DNA from: Camelus ferus | Lineage: Eukaryota | Direction of reading: 5' to 3' | Assembly: GCF_009834535.1 (NCBI RefSeq) | Contig: NC_045696.1 | Coordinates: 101,682,001-101,746,000, forward strand | Length of the DNA: 64,000 nt | Part shown: one piece after another, positions 37,085-50,890 of the stretch | Layout: each line of letters begins with the position of its first letter | How positions within the stretch are numbered: position 1 is the first letter of the stretch | Notes under the pieces: model-generated | What the model was told of the DNA's origin: nothing | Seen by the model: the letters and a program-made list of their open reading frames with translations, nothing else | The model's database searches: none | Made by a program: the position numbers and the translations under genes

Positions 37085-39226
37085 TTAGAGCTCTGCTTTT
37101 TTTAAAAAAATATTTTTAATCAAAATAATAAAACCTCCACTGCCTATAGTCTGGTTTTATCTTAAGACTGGAAGTCAGCTTCTTGAGGATGGGGACTGGT
37201 GAATCCAGCTGTCTGACATAGAACTGGCACTCAAAAATATTTGCCAAAAGAGGGGAGGGAGTGGGAGAGGGAGGTAGGAGAGAGCTAACAAACAGGGGCC
37301 TAGGCTGAACCTGCAGGTGGAGGATAAGAATATAGACCTACAGGACCTACAGGGCTGCAGAGGCAAAGAGTCAGGCATCTGAGACCTTCATCCTTTAATT
37401 TCACCCTCTTCATTCATTCATTGCCTGTGCCCAACCCGTTTCAAAGACAGGCAGGGAGCTGAGATGTAAGTGATTCACCGCTGTGGGTAATCCCTGTGCT
37501 CCACCTTAAGCAATTTCAAATGACACGGATGTAGGGGTGTCTACACATCAGCGTGGATCAGTTCACTGAATCAAGGTCAACCAGCAGAGAGCCAGAACAA
37601 GCATCTGTGAAATGAGACAGGTGTCCTGCACACTGCGGGGCACTTTCCGTGGACCCTGATGGCTCACATGGCAGCAGGGAGTGGAGTCCAGGGTGAGAGG
37701 GGTTACTGAGAGCAGCCAGGGGATTTTGATGAGACTGGGTCGTTTATGCCTGTAACATGTGCAACTTGTCTGTCAAGAGACTCAGGAGTTTCACAGTATT
37801 GCCATGAGAGGAGGATGCGCTGCTGACCACATTCCAGTTTTGCTCCTTCAGTGATTTCAACCTTTCCCCAGCAAGCCCCATAGCCTCACTTCCTTCCCTT
37901 CCCTCACTCTCCATCTTGTTCCCAGAATTAACTTTCAAATATCTGATCTGACACCTCTTACTTCACAATAGGGTCTAAAGTCATAGCTAATGTACTTCTC
38001 CTATCAAATCACACAAGCAAAGAACTCAGCTTTTGGGGAGAACTTTCCAAGAAGCAAATAAATCAGTACTATGTTTCACTGTGGCACCTCAAAAGACATA
38101 ATAATGCCTTATATGTGCATAGTCCTTTACACATGACAAGCACTTGTACATCTTTACCTCATCTGATCTTTTTGAGTCTTACAGGTGCTATCCTCTGGAG
38201 GCTGAAGCTCCGAGAAGGGAGGTGACACAAAATATTCAAGACTGGATGGAGTATTCACACTGTGCATACACTTCTCTTGGTGTGTAGGTGTGTGAGCCCA
38301 CTTCATTGCAGGCAACAACCCTGGCAGGGAGGTACAGTTACCACCCACTGAGGGAATGGGGTACCCAGAGGCACCCATGGCTTAGTCAGGATCTCACAAG
38401 CACACAAAGAAGTGGTAGGAAAGTGGGGATGTGAACCCAGCCTGGCCAGCTCCTGAGGACACAGGCTTGTCCTCTGCGCTCCTTTGCCTCCCTCTGCGTG
38501 AGCCAGACGCCACTGTCGATTCCAGGACTTCTGTACCACCTGTTAGTCCAGATCATTACTACTGTTAGGGATGGCACTGAACTGGTGGGAGTGTTTGAAT
38601 TTTAATAAAGTTAGAAGATTTATAATCTTGTCTTTCTGAACTTTCAGATCCTAAAATTAAGTGTGTGCATACACACACACACTTTACTTGTGTGAACTGA
38701 TGAGGTTTTTTTTTTGATAACTGAAAAAAAAATCATACTAATTACTTTTTGGGTAAAAGGGTGTTGTGTGTCTTCCCAACTCCCCTCAAATAGGGCTTGT
38801 GAAAGACATGAAGGAGATGGAGCCTGAATAGGGTGGCTGTGCAGGTGGTTGGAGAGGGCAGAGGGGCAGGGTGTCTGAGAAAGTAACTAGATATGTTCAT
38901 TTTGCTTCTATTACTATGTGTTTAACTCTGGTAGCTATAAAAATGTCCTTTTTGAGGACATTTTCCTCAAGGAGCTTGCACTGTCCAAGAGACAAGCCCT
39001 ATGGTTACAAAATAATTAGAGAACACCACTAACACAAGTGCAAGTGTGTGGTATTGACAAGTCTCATCCTGGGCATGAGGACCTAAGGCCAAGTACAGCT
39101 CTGTAGATGTACATGGACCGCCTGTAAGGATCCTTTTCTACATGCCAGTGTGTGTGTGTGTAGGGCAGGGAAGATATCTGATTGTATTATGATGATTATA
39201 CTTTTAATCTCTGTTAATTGAGAATG

Positions 39227-39269
<43 letters not shown>

Positions 39270-39299
39270 GTAGATAATAGATAGGTAGGTAGATAGATA
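39227..39299. repeat. (GATA)n tetranucleotide microsatellite
   Basis: Directly visible, with GGTA variants at the 3' end. Confidence 0.98.
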
Positions 39300-40314
39300 T
39301 GAATTCAAGAACACCTCAGAATAAGAATCCTGCATGATTTAAGAAAAAAAAAGCAAAATGAGGCAGGAAAGATGGGAGATTGTGGAATTTAGGATAGACA
39401 AAGAGGAACTAGTGAAATGTAGACTGAAAAAAACAGCATGAGATATTCAAAGCAGAGGGAACACAGAGCTAAGGCCCAGATGAAAACATCAATCTTGAAT
39501 AGGGGGGGTGGGGAGGGGTGTAGGGAGTCATGTCACTTTTGAACTCTACATTTATCATGCGCTTCTCTTTTCATAATCTACTATAGTCATGCAAGAATCT
39601 ACTTAGAATGAAATTGTTCCCCATAATTTCATGGCCAAAGGTATCAAGTTATTCAAATTGCTATTTTTCCCATTGCGGTATTTCTCGCTCACTTAGGTAA
39701 TTCATAGTAGAGACATATGGACCAGGTCAGACCATCTTTTAACACATTCTTTACATTCTTACTGGTAGAGAAATTCTAAAGTGAAAACTATAAAATACCA
39801 CATACTGATTTCAATAACTACTCAAAGCCAAGAATATGTATACATCTGAGATTCTTTTCAGCAAGACCTAATTAAATGAATCTTGCCATGTCTGGAGTGT
39901 TTAGCCCTTTGGAGGAGCACAAAAGCTTTACTCCACTGATACCTGGTGACCTGCCCATCTATTACTTGATTGTCCTAAGAAGTACCAGTGATTATTTGTG
40001 ATTTTCCAAAGAACATGAAACAATAGTAGAAGGGATGATTCTTAGAGCACAGGGCAAACATTTCAGCTGTATAGCTTGACATCTGGGATTACATACAGAC
40101 AACATTCAGTTTCCTATAACCTCAGGCTTACAATACTTTACATCCTAAAAGGTCTTCTATTGCTTCCCAGCTTCAAGACAAAGAGTCCAGAAGAGAAAAA
40201 GAGATCTTAGATTCTTTCTGGTGTCCCAAGTGATCCAGATAAATGAAGGCTGAGCTATAGGTGGAGGAAGTATGTTGTTTCACAAAAGAAAGCAGAATGG
40301 GGAGAGAAGGAGGA

Positions 40315-40610
40315 TGTATCAATCAGCTACTGTTACAGCAATGCAGCATAACAAAGTACCCCAAAACTCAGGAGATTACAACATAAGTATTGATTTTTCT
40401 TATGCACAGGTCTTTAGCTTTGCAGGCATGACTGCCCCAGGCTGTGGGTTGGTCCCAGAATGCACTATGGGACCAGATATATTCTAGATGGCTTTCAACT
40501 TCCTTGGGCAAGTGACTGCCTGAACCAGATTCTTCCTGATGCTCAGCAACTGGGGTCATTACAACAAACCAAGAATCTAATGTGAGAAAAACCTGGAACT
40601 TCTTAAGAAT
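40315..40610 (-). mobile_element. MaLR LTR fragment (MLT1)
   Basis: 'tgtatcaatcagctactgttacagcaatgcagcataacaaagtaccccaaaactcag'. Confidence 0.7.
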
Positions 40611-42279
40611 CTCTTGAGACACACAAAAAACGAAAAAAATACCATCGATGACCTGGGAAGCATGGTTCTCTCCAAACAGCCTTTCTGACCTCACACCATT
40701 TCTCCTCTCTCCTATGTACACTTTCTGATGAGCTTCTGAATTTTCTCTACTCCTTAAAGTCTACTGATACTTGGCTAAACTCATAATCCCCCCAAATCTG
40801 GATACTAAAGAAAAGAAGCAAAGAAAGGGAAGGGCCACATTTGATAACAAACTGCAGACCTTACTTTGAAAACTACTTATTCCCTCTGAGTCTTGGACCT
40901 TACAAAATGGGACTTGTTTGTAGCCTAAAAGCAGTAAAGCAACTGGAAGGAGGGGAATTGAGTTGAGTCTTGAGTGCTCTGCTGAAAGAAATGCTAGAAG
41001 GAAGCAAATTTAGCAACATCTTCTCCTTAAATAAAAGTCACCATGAAGAGAGTTTCTAAAGGCCAAAATAAATCTGTTAATAGATACTTAATGGGGCAAC
41101 TGCCCTGAGAAACAGAGTTCACTTCGTAGCTGAATTTATTCTCTCTGGGGGTGGGTGTCAGGGTATGGAGAGAGGTCAGGTACCTGAATGAAGAAGGTCA
41201 GGAATGATTTAGAGGATGCAGTTTTTCTTGGAATAGGCACAGGCACTGCTAGAAACTCCATTCCCATCCCTTTCTATCTTTTGAGTTCCATCTTTTCTCC
41301 ACACTTGGTGCAAATGAGTGGAGAGGGGGTCAGAGAGAGTAAGCTGGCAAAGCCCACTCAGGGGTGCTGGGTGCACCGGGGTCCACTTGGGTCATGACAC
41401 ATGCATACAGCCTTCTACAGAACAATGTCACTTGTCAAACAAACAAGCTGCTATCAGCCTCCTCCTACACCTGCTTTACCTCAAGTGATGAGTAGCAGAG
41501 AGTGGCGGTGAAGCTGCCCAGTCCTTGCCACTTCTGCTTGTGCTGTTGAGTTCTGGAGATGCTGTTATTCCACTGGCCTTCAGGCTCAGGGCAAATGCCT
41601 GCACCTGCAGGGACAGCACATTGTTGTGTTAATTAGCAGGGTCTTGCCAACTGCTTGAGGAAGAAGAGGTTCCCAGGACTGGAAATCAACCTGGTAGGAG
41701 GCCCATGGTGGGCAGGACACCCAGCTCTCTTTTACAGAGCAGTCAAAGTGAGCCAGGAAGGAGTAGCTTCAGGTGTTGGGGGAAATGACGGTGCCAGCTC
41801 CCAATCTTGTGGCCACTGAAGCTGGAACCTGGTCCCCTGCTAAGGTGGGCAAAAATATGTCCCAATCTTCTGGGACCACCTTGCAGGATGTGGAACAGGG
41901 ACAGACACACAAGTCCAGAGAGAAAATGAGTGAAAGTAGGATCACAAAACTGCCCTCTGGAAGGTTTCTGTGCTGTGTGCGTTTCCTTGGTTTGCTTTTC
42001 TTGCATTCTCCCTCAGCACTGACTAAAGTAATTGCGTCTTTTCACGCCAGCTGATCTCAGTGGTGGAACTTTCCAGACAAAAATGGGCTTCCCCAACCCA
42101 AAGCGGTATGTGATGGCAGTGGTCACTACAGGAGATAGTGCCTCGAGGTGACAGAATTGAAGCTGCTTAGTCCAGGTGGTTTTCTCCATCAGGAAACAGG
42201 CAGATTTTAATTCTAAGGGTGGTATTTCCCTCTCACAAGGGATGTCATGTTATTTGTTGTGTAGGGAGTGGGAGAAAGT

Positions 42280-42520
42280 CCCCTTGGTGGCCAAGAATGT
42301 GGTTTCTGAAATTAGATCTAGGACTCAACTTGGTCCCACCACTTACAGCTTGAATAAGTTTCTTCATCATCTAAACCAGTTTTCTCATCTATAGCACGGA
42401 GATAATAATTGTAACTTACGAGGTTGTTGTAAGGATTAAATAAATGTAAAGCTTTTGGCACAAGGCCTGGAAGAACTGAATACATATTTATCATCACTAT
42501 TACCATCATTATTATCATTA
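42280..42520 (+). mobile_element. MIR SINE
   Basis: 'ttgaataagtttcttcatcatctaaaccagttttctcatctatag...aggttgttgtaaggattaaataa'. Confidence 0.8.
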
Positions 42521-43934
42521 CTCCTTATTCTTTCTGGAAATTTGGGGAACAGAGGTGATACTCTTTAAAAATGTAGGATGGAAGGAGTTGCTAACTCCCC
42601 CATCTCTCTCTCCTACTTCTGTCTCTCCATCATATGTGGACTGCTGACTCTAAATAATTGATAAGGGTCACACTTTCTGGGATGGGAGAGAACAGTCAGT
42701 GGACGCTAGTGAAGCTCTTTTGTGAGGCAAGTTGGCTCCTGAAATACGCAGGAAAGAGAGAAAATGCTCCTCATTAGTATTACAGAAATCAAACACCCCT
42801 CATGTTTCCTGGTGCAGATCAAGGTTTTACTAGTAATTAAATTCTCAAGAAAAACAAAAACAAAAATGAGAAGCAAATATCTGCTTCACCAACAGTACAG
42901 TTTACCTTTGGAGGACAAGCTTCCCGTACTAGGCATACAGTTTAAGAGTCCATGATTCATGGCTCATAAAGAGGGACTATCAAAAGGAAAAGTTAAACTG
43001 GAGAGGCTACACCCCCCACCCATGAGACTGAAGCCTCTCCTCCCCTGTACTCACTACAGCAAGACACACTAAATAAAAGAAAAGAGAAATGATCTAAGGA
43101 GCCAGATTTTCTACTTTGAGAAGGGGTATATTTAGATAAGGAGAAAAGAACAGAGCTTTCCCTTTGAGACCCAATGGAAAGTCCAAAAGAACTGGACTAG
43201 TTTTCCAGTAAAGAAAATCACTTATATCTCCCCACTCTGGAGTGCTAATTTGGGTGAGACTAAAGATACCAAGTGGAGATGAGAAGGATGGGGGCTTGCT
43301 TGGTCCTATCTCCCTCCAAGCACAGCTGAGAGGCAGCAACAAAAAATCAAATGAACTGCATTTTGAATTCCAGATGGAGATCAATTGTCTGGGTTAATGA
43401 GGCCAGGAAATTCAGGAAAGTCAGGACAGACTCAGTGGGTCAGAGAAAAACTGGAGGTGAGGGGTAGGAGAAGGCAGATATAAAAAGTGAGGAGAGCTGA
43501 GATAAAATAGTAACCATTGAAGAAACTGAATTACTGAGCAAAAGTTTCCCTCACCAGAAGACACCAGGCTTAGACTATTATATGGGCAGTTCTACCAAAA
43601 CTTCAAGTAACTGATAATATCAGTCTTACAGAAAGTGCCTCAGTGATCAGAAAAAGTGAAGAAGCTACTTAACTCATTTTGGATCGCCAGTATAACCTAG
43701 ATATCACAACTGGATAGTAATAGTACAATCAATACAAGAAGATTTATATCTGTCTCACTTATGATCATAGATTTGAAAATATTAAGTAAATAATAGTATA
43801 TAAAATTCTGTAGCATGTTATAAAACATGTATGAGAAAGGTTATCCGAGAATTAAAGTTTCAGGTGTTTTTCAAAAGAAAAAATATATTTTTTTAAAAAA
43901 TCAAAAGAGAGCTTACAGTTTTGACAACCTGGCC

Positions 43935-44235
43935 AAAAATTCCATTCCATAATACCAAGATCCAGGTAATGTTTAAAGTGCATTTAAATAGGACCTTAAA
44001 ACCACTTGCCTACTGCTTCAGTCACCATGATCTTATCCCAGCCAACAGGAAGGAGAAACAAGGAAAGAAGGGTGTGACACCCTCCTTTAAAGATAATTCC
44101 TCAAAACCTCACTGAGCACATTCATTTAAATACATTTCACCTGAACTTAATGAAATGTCCACTCCCAGTTCAAGTGCAGCTGGGAAATACGGTCTTTGTT
44201 CCAGGCAACCCTGTTTCCAGTTAAGGCAGCAGATC
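43935..44235 (-). mobile_element. MaLR LTR fragment (MLT1)
   Basis: 'agccaacaggaaggagaaacaagg...cctcctttaaaga...ctgaacttaatg...gcagctgggaaatacggtcttt'. Confidence 0.6.
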
Positions 44236-44266
44236 CCCTCCTAAAATAAATAAGTGGATAGACATT

Positions 44267-44376
44267 AGATAGAGAGAGAGAAAGAGAGAGAGAAAGAGAG
44301 AAAGAAAGAGAGAAAGAAAGAAAGAAAGGAAGGAAGGAAAGAAGGAAGGAAGGAAGGAAGGAAGGAAGAAAGAAAA
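44267..44376. repeat. Compound (GA)n/(GAAA)n/(GGAA)n polypurine tract
   Basis: Directly visible. Confidence 0.97.
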
Positions 44377-44933
44377 CAGAATTTTTTAGATAGAAAGTGG
44401 ACAGTAACACAATAGTAGTAACCCATTAAGATGTAATAAAAAAAGTTCCTACTGAGAATAATTATAGTGCATGGTAAGATACATAGGAATAAATCTACAG
44501 AAACTGAAAACTAAAACCCAAAAAAGTGGAAAAAGATAGAGAAAATCATTATAGATTATTAAAGAATATAACAGAAAACTTGAATAAGAAGAGAGATATA
44601 GAATATTCATGGATAAAAAGACCCAACAGCATGAAGACTTTATTCTTACCAAATTAATCAATAAATTCAAAGCAATTACAATAAAAATCTGAGCTGGGAT
44701 TTTAATAAAATTGTTAACTGAATCACAAAATTCACATGGGAGAACAAGAGGTCACAAATTAGTTTTGAAGAGGAATTAAATGGCAAGAATCACCCTACCA
44801 GATATTAGATAATGATTAAGTTGGAAAAGAGTAGAAAAACAGACAAATGTAACAGAACAGAGAGTCAGAAAAAGATTCAAGTACGCACTGAAACTTGATA
44901 TCTGACAGTGGGGACTGCATACATATCAGTGGG

Positions 44934-45426
44934 TGCATAAGTCAGGGTTCTCCAGAAAAACAGAACCAATAACATGTGTGTTTGTCTGTATCTGTATCTA
45001 CCTATATATTTATCTATCTATCCATCTCTATAGTGAGAGAGAGAAGAAGAAAAAGAAAGTGGAGGGGTGAAGAAAGAGATTGATTTGTTTCTAAAAATTG
45101 GCTCACACAGTTGTACAGGCTGATAAGTCCAGTCTTCAGGGTTGGCCAAGGTGTTGGAGAGCCAGGGAAGAGTTGATGCTGCAGTCTGAGTCTGAAGTCA
45201 TCTGCCAGCAGAATCTCTATTAGAGAGGTCAGCGTTTTGCTAATGGCTTCAGTGGACTGGAAGAGGCCTACTTACATTATGGGGGGTAATCTGCTTTACT
45301 CAAATTCTATTGTTTAAATGTTAATCTTAGATTGAAAAATACCTTTACAGGAATATTTAGAATACTGTTTCACCAAATATCTCCGTACTGTGGCCTAGCC
45401 AAGTTGACATAAAATTAACCACTGCA
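44934..45426 (-). mobile_element. MLT2 (ERVL) solo LTR
   Basis: 'agtcagggttctccagaaaaacagaaccaata...ggtaatctgctttactcaa...gcctagccaagttgacataaaattaacc'. Confidence 0.9.
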
Positions 45427-47140
45427 GCGGAGTAAGAGAGAGCTATTCTAAATGTGATGCTGGGACAAATAATTATCCACATGAAAAAAATCAGATTCCA
45501 CTCACTTCACTCCAAATATTAATTCTATATGAATTAAAGACTTCAATGTAAAGCAGTAAAACTTTCAGTTAGAAAAAAATAGAATATTTTTGTTGCTTTA
45601 GGGTAGAAAACACAACACACAACACACATCAAACGCATACTATTATGGCAAATTAATAAATTCAGTTACCTAAAAGTGAAAACTGTTCTTTCAAAAAAGG
45701 AACCAGAATCAAAGTTCCAAGACAAAATAGACTGGAAAAAATATTTGTAATAAAATAAATAGCAAAGGCCTAGGATGTGTATTTAAAGAATCTCTTCAAA
45801 TTGGTAAGAAAAAGACAGCCAAATAGAAAAGTAGGCAAAGGATATCAACAAGGAATTCACAGAAGAGGAAACATTAAGTGGCTAATAAAAATGTAATAAT
45901 TGTTCAATCTCTAGTAATCAGGAAAATAAAATTTAAGACAATGTTATGCTGTTTCCTATCCATTGCATTAGAAAAAGCAAAAATAACCTAATAATTCCAT
46001 TTTTGTGATAACAAAAATGATGCAACCACATCAAAGAAAACTTGGTAGTTTTTAGTGAAAGTTGAAGATGCACATGCACTTCAAACCAGCATTTCCATTC
46101 TTGGCTGACTCCCTAGAGAAACGCTCCTACCTATGAACACGAAATATAAGAAAGAACAAACATAGCAGCATTTTTCTAATTGTGAAAATTAGAACCAAGC
46201 TCCTACCAATCAAGGAGATTGAATTCCTAACATATGATACATTCAATATGCATTCAATAGTTTATTACATAATGCTAAAATGAATGACGTCTAGATCCCA
46301 TATAAGTTAACATGTTATTAAAATAGATAAATCTTAGAAATAAAGTGTATAATCTGATACTATTTACACAAACTTTGAACACATGCAACAACACATTAAA
46401 TGTTAATTATGTATTTGTGTGTGGAGGCAGCATACACATGCATAAATAAATGGAATAAAGTATAAAAATGTGAATGATAATAGTAAACACCAAATTCATG
46501 GCAGAGATCACTCCTTAAAAATGAGGGAGGGGAATGGGTTCTAGCAGTGTTACAAGAAGTGTTTCAACTGTATTTGTGACATTTTGTTTCAAGAATAATA
46601 CGAAGCAAGAAGAGCATAATGTTGGAATTTGGTAGAGCAATGTGATGGGTACACAGGTGTTCTTTATGTTGCTTACTACTTTGTTATCATTTAAATATTT
46701 CAAAATAAAAAATGCTAAGAATTTACTAGTAATCTGTAATTTTTAAACTGTATCTGTCACAAAAAGGCCAGAATTTGTTTCAAAACCACAATTTATTGGA
46801 CAGAGTACCATAAATATAAAATGGTTTCCTGACTTGTGAAATAGCTTCCTTTTAACAAACTCTGAACAGTATTTTTAATTTCCACTAAGTATTAATTCTT
46901 TTTCACACCACATACTTGTGGATTCTAAAGAAATGCTTCAGTTGATGTGAATTTAAAGACCTGTCAGTGGATGATAATATTAAATTATTAAAGGAAGAGA
47001 TAAATACCCAAAGTGTTCAGCCAACTGGAAGGAAAAATATAGCTAGCTCTTTTAACAAAAATTCATAAAATGTATTTGTTTCAAATGTGTACACATTAAC
47101 TACTCTGATTGGCATGACATGTAACAAAACCTTGTTAATG

Positions 47141-47959
47141 CAGTATTATCCACAGGGGATATGTTTCAAGACCCTTAGCGGATGCCTGAAACTACTAGTG
47201 TAAAACCCCACATATACTATATTTTTTCCTATACATACATAACTATGATGAAATTTAATTTATAAATTTGGCACAGTAAGAGATAAACAACAACAATAAT
47301 AAGACAATTATAACAATGTATCGTAATAAAAGTTACGTGAATACTCCCCTTTTCCGAAGTAACTTATTATACAAATTTAATGCCTCTTCCATCTTAACTA
47401 AGCACTTATCATCAGTGCACTGAAGCCACAACTTTTGCAGTGTGAGGCACAACAGCAAAGCTAGCAGAAATTTCTTTTTCCTTCTTCACAGTTTCATGGA
47501 CAGAAGATTTGTTCTTACCATAGATCTTAGCAATCTCAACATATGATTTTTTTCTTTCCTTAATAGGTTGGGAACTTTCATCTTTTCATTTGAAAAAATC
47601 ATTTAACAGTTTCTCTTTGGCATATCTGATGCCAGCATCACTCCTCTTTGGGGCCATTATCAGGTAAAGGAAGGGTGACTTGAACACAAGCACTGAGAAA
47701 CTACAGCAGTCCCTGTGGTAACCCAGACAGCTACGAAGTGACTCAGCAGTGGGAAACCCTGGACAAAGGGATGGTTCCCATCCCAAGTGGGATGGAGCAG
47801 GATGGTGCAAGATTCATCACTCTACTCAGAATGACACACAATTTGAAACCTATGAATTGCTTATTTCTGGAATTTTCCGTTTAATATTTTCAACCTGCAG
47901 TTGATTCGGGTTAACTGAAACCACAGCAAGTGAAACCAGGGATAAGGGGAGACTGCTGT
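47141..47959. mobile_element. MER44/Tigger7-family DNA transposon
   Basis: Ends 'cagtattatccacaggggatatgtttcaagaccc...ggatgcctgaaac' and 'gtgaaaccagggataaggggagactgctg'. Confidence 0.9.
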
Positions 47960-48389
47960 CTTCCCCAGTCAAATTCTATGTGCTAGAATTAAAGAGATGC
48001 CACGTTCCACTTTAAAGTATTTGAAATAATACAGTGATGCAGTAAAGGAAGACTCAATAAAACTTATCTCTTGCCCCTCTTCATTTCTTGCATGGAGCTT
48101 AAATTTTAACCTGCATATACTAAGTATATATTAACTTGTGTGAAAACCATCAGGCAGGGCGTCTTGGACAGTGGAAGAACCATAGCCTGAGGAGTGAGAA
48201 AGACTTGGATTCTCTGTCACTCTCTCAAATGGGCCATAGCCTGAAGCACATTGACAGAAGCACTGAGAAAAAAAAATCATGGCGTTTCAATTTATACACT
48301 CATTTTTCTTGAGCCATGTTCTGCTCTCTGCAAGACCATATGTGATACTATTTTTAGTGTGGCCCTAAACACGGAGGGAGCCACTCAGC

Positions 48390-48787
48390 TTTTCCTTCAA
48401 GAGAGAACCTGCCTCAAGAAGTGCAGGCGGCTGACAGCACCCAGGAGCAGCACCTTGTCAATTTACCACAGTATTCACCCCCAGTCAATGACTGAGTTCA
48501 GAGGGCGTGCTAGGATGCAGCAGTTTCTGCCCAACGTGGACCTTCTCCACACGCCATCTTCGTACTGAGCTTCTGGTTGGTCTGGACAAGAGTTTCTTGA
48601 AGCTGCACCACAGTCTAGGGCTCTTCCAACCCAATCCTCCCTTCTTCCCACTCTTAAGTCATAGAAGACCGTCCCTGCCTCCCCCTGCTCCCTTTTCCCT
48701 TTATCCTTCATAGATGTAGCCCCCAATAAATGCCCTGTACTTCCTACTGTCTTAGCTTCTGCTTCCTGGGGGACCTGTACTGAAACA
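48390..48787 (+). mobile_element. LTR16-like ERVL LTR
   Basis: 3' end 'ccccaataaatgccctgtacttcctactgtcttagcttctgcttcctgggggacctgtactgaaaca'. Confidence 0.75.
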
Positions 48788-49289
48788 AGGGGAAATAAAC
48801 ATTTTTGTTCAGAAGGAATTTTTAACCTGGAATATAATATAAATTAATTATATTACTAGGGAAATATGTAAATTTTAAAAGCACATTATGATCAGTCTAC
48901 TGCGAGGCAAATAATTATAGCCTACAACTCCCCAAAAAGCTAATAAAATTCAATAACTTAGTAGACTTATTCCTTAGAGTCCTTTTGTTCTCCTAGGATG
49001 TCCTGCGGCAAACAGGACAGAGGTGGGCAGTGATTCAGATAAAAAAAAAATACAAGTTTTAATTATTGGCTCCTCCTATGGCTAGCAAAAGCAGCAGCTG
49101 CAGTTACTCTGACCAACACTACCTGACACTACTGAAATCCTCTCCTTTTTGAAGAATTACGGAGTGTGACTGACTCCTTGCTTTTCATCCCTGGGACACT
49201 GCTCTGGAGATTTACTGATGGCTACTTGAGTTGATACAAGTACAAATAAGTAAGCTGTAAAAGTGTTTGGGGAAAATATGACAGAATAT

Positions 49290-50130
49290 CCAATATATTT
49301 ATTCTGCAAACACTGTGGGCAAGGCTCAGTGTTAGCACTATTGGAGAGTCATAAATATGAAACAAATATAAATATTTCCCTAAGGAGCTTAGACGGTAGT
49401 CAGGAAACTCAAGATTATTTAGGTATTTCCATTTCTGAAGTCATACTTGCAAATTTAGAAATATTTAAAAAGCAGAGGAAAGCAGGGAGAAGAAAAATAC
49501 ATTTAAAAAATAAAGATTAGGAGCTCAAGTGGTAGAGTGCGTGTTTAGCATGCATGAGGTCTTAGGTTCAATCCCCAGTACCTCCATTAAAATAAACAAT
49601 CAAACCAACCAAATTACCACTCCCCCCCCCAAAAAAAAACCACAAATAATAAAAAAAATATTAAAAAATAAAAAATAAAGATTAAATACTAGGTATCAAT
49701 TTATTAAAGAGGTAAAGATAAATTGCTTTGGGAGTTCAGAATAAGGAATACTACTTTCAGCTGAGTTGAGAGCAGAGAAAGGGGGTAACATGTAAAATTT
49801 CACAGAGAAGATGGAATTGGAAATAAGAGAGACAGGATTTGGACTTCAAGCACAGACATAAGCCATGCCCCACAAAGAGAAGGAAGTAACAACATGAGGT
49901 GAACACAGCAGCAAGGACACGCAGAGGCCAAGGGAGGCAAGGACAGTAATTCAGGCTTGTTGGCACAAAGGATAAATCAAGAGATATAGTAAAAAATGGG
50001 GTAGGAGAGGTAAATTGAGGCTCAGTTTGGAGGGTCTCAAGTGCTGCACAGAAGGTTCATATTTTATATCATACATCCAACTGACAGAACAGGAGGATGA
50101 TGAGACAAAATAAGACAGGTGTGCTCTTTT
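49290..50130 (-). mobile_element. L2 fragments hosting a young SINE
   Basis: 'caatatatttatt...ccctaaggagcttagac' and 'tgctttgggagttcaga...gctcagtttggagggtctcaagtgc'. Confidence 0.6.
49520..49668 (+). mobile_element. tRNA-derived SINE, camelid Vic-1-like, slightly 5'-truncated
   Basis: 'agctcaagtggtagagtgcgtgtttagcatgcatgaggtcttaggttcaatccccagtacctcc', with a 16-bp TSD TAAAAAATAAAGATTA (49504-49519 and 49669-49684). Confidence 0.9.
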
Positions 50131-50461
50131 ACAGTAAGTGAACACCAAATGAAAATATCAGAATCATCTTTGACTTCAATGTCACAAAGAAGCAAAACTT
50201 TTCCACACATTTTGAAAAGTCATTACCATAAGGAACAAGTGACTTAGCCTGCTTGAAGTATGATCATGGTAAAGAATTTTGCATTTCATTTAACTTTTTA
50301 AATATGTATTTCTACACCTGATTTTATCCTAAGGGGGGAAAAGGCTTTCCAATATCCTTCTCATGAAAATGATAAGATTTTAATATCTGGTATCTACATG
50401 TAGAGAACACAATGTATTCAAAATGTCACTTAGCTTGGAATAGGAGATTTAAGTAGCAGGT

Positions 50462-50890
50462 TGTATCAGAAAGCTTAAGCTGCACGTGATAGAAAACCCC
50501 AACTCAACTAGCTTAAAAGTAAGTAAGAATTACTGCATTGTACAACTAGAAATCCAAGGCAGAAAGTCTCCATCATTGGTTAACTCAGCAGTTCAACAAC
50601 ATCTCCCAGAACCCCAGCAATTTCCATCTCTCTGCTCTGCCGTCCTCAGAACGCCCCTCTCTTCAGGTTAGCCCCTCATGGTGACAAGGTGGCTGCCTTA
50701 GTTCTAGGTTTCAAATCTCAATTGGTAATGCATAGCTGAAAAAAGGAGGCTGTCAGCCCTGTGTGTGGAGCCAGGGAACATTTACCTGAAGCCCTTCAAC
50801 AGACTTCCCCTCTCACTTCATTGGCTAGTTTCCAACAAGGTTTACACGCTGCTTCTTAAGGCTGAGACCAATCAGGATTAGTTCTGGGTC
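50462..50890 (-). mobile_element. MaLR LTR (old MLT1)
   Basis: 'tgtatcagaaagcttaagctgcacgtgatagaaaacccc...ttccatctctctgctctgcc...ctcatggtgacaaggtggctgcc...agacttcccctctcacttcattggc'. Confidence 0.75.

Larger units (their letters stand above)
43490..46712 (+). mobile_element. Long degenerate L1 (L1ME-like, ORF2 to 3' UTR) interrupted by MLT1, a microsatellite and MLT2
   Basis: Colinear ORF2 remnants ('agttctaccaaaacttcaag', 'ccaaattaatcaataaattcaaagcaatt', 'aaagtaggcaaaggatatcaacaaggaattcacagaagaggaaac') through to the 3' tail 'aaatatttcaaaataaaaa'. Confidence 0.85.
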
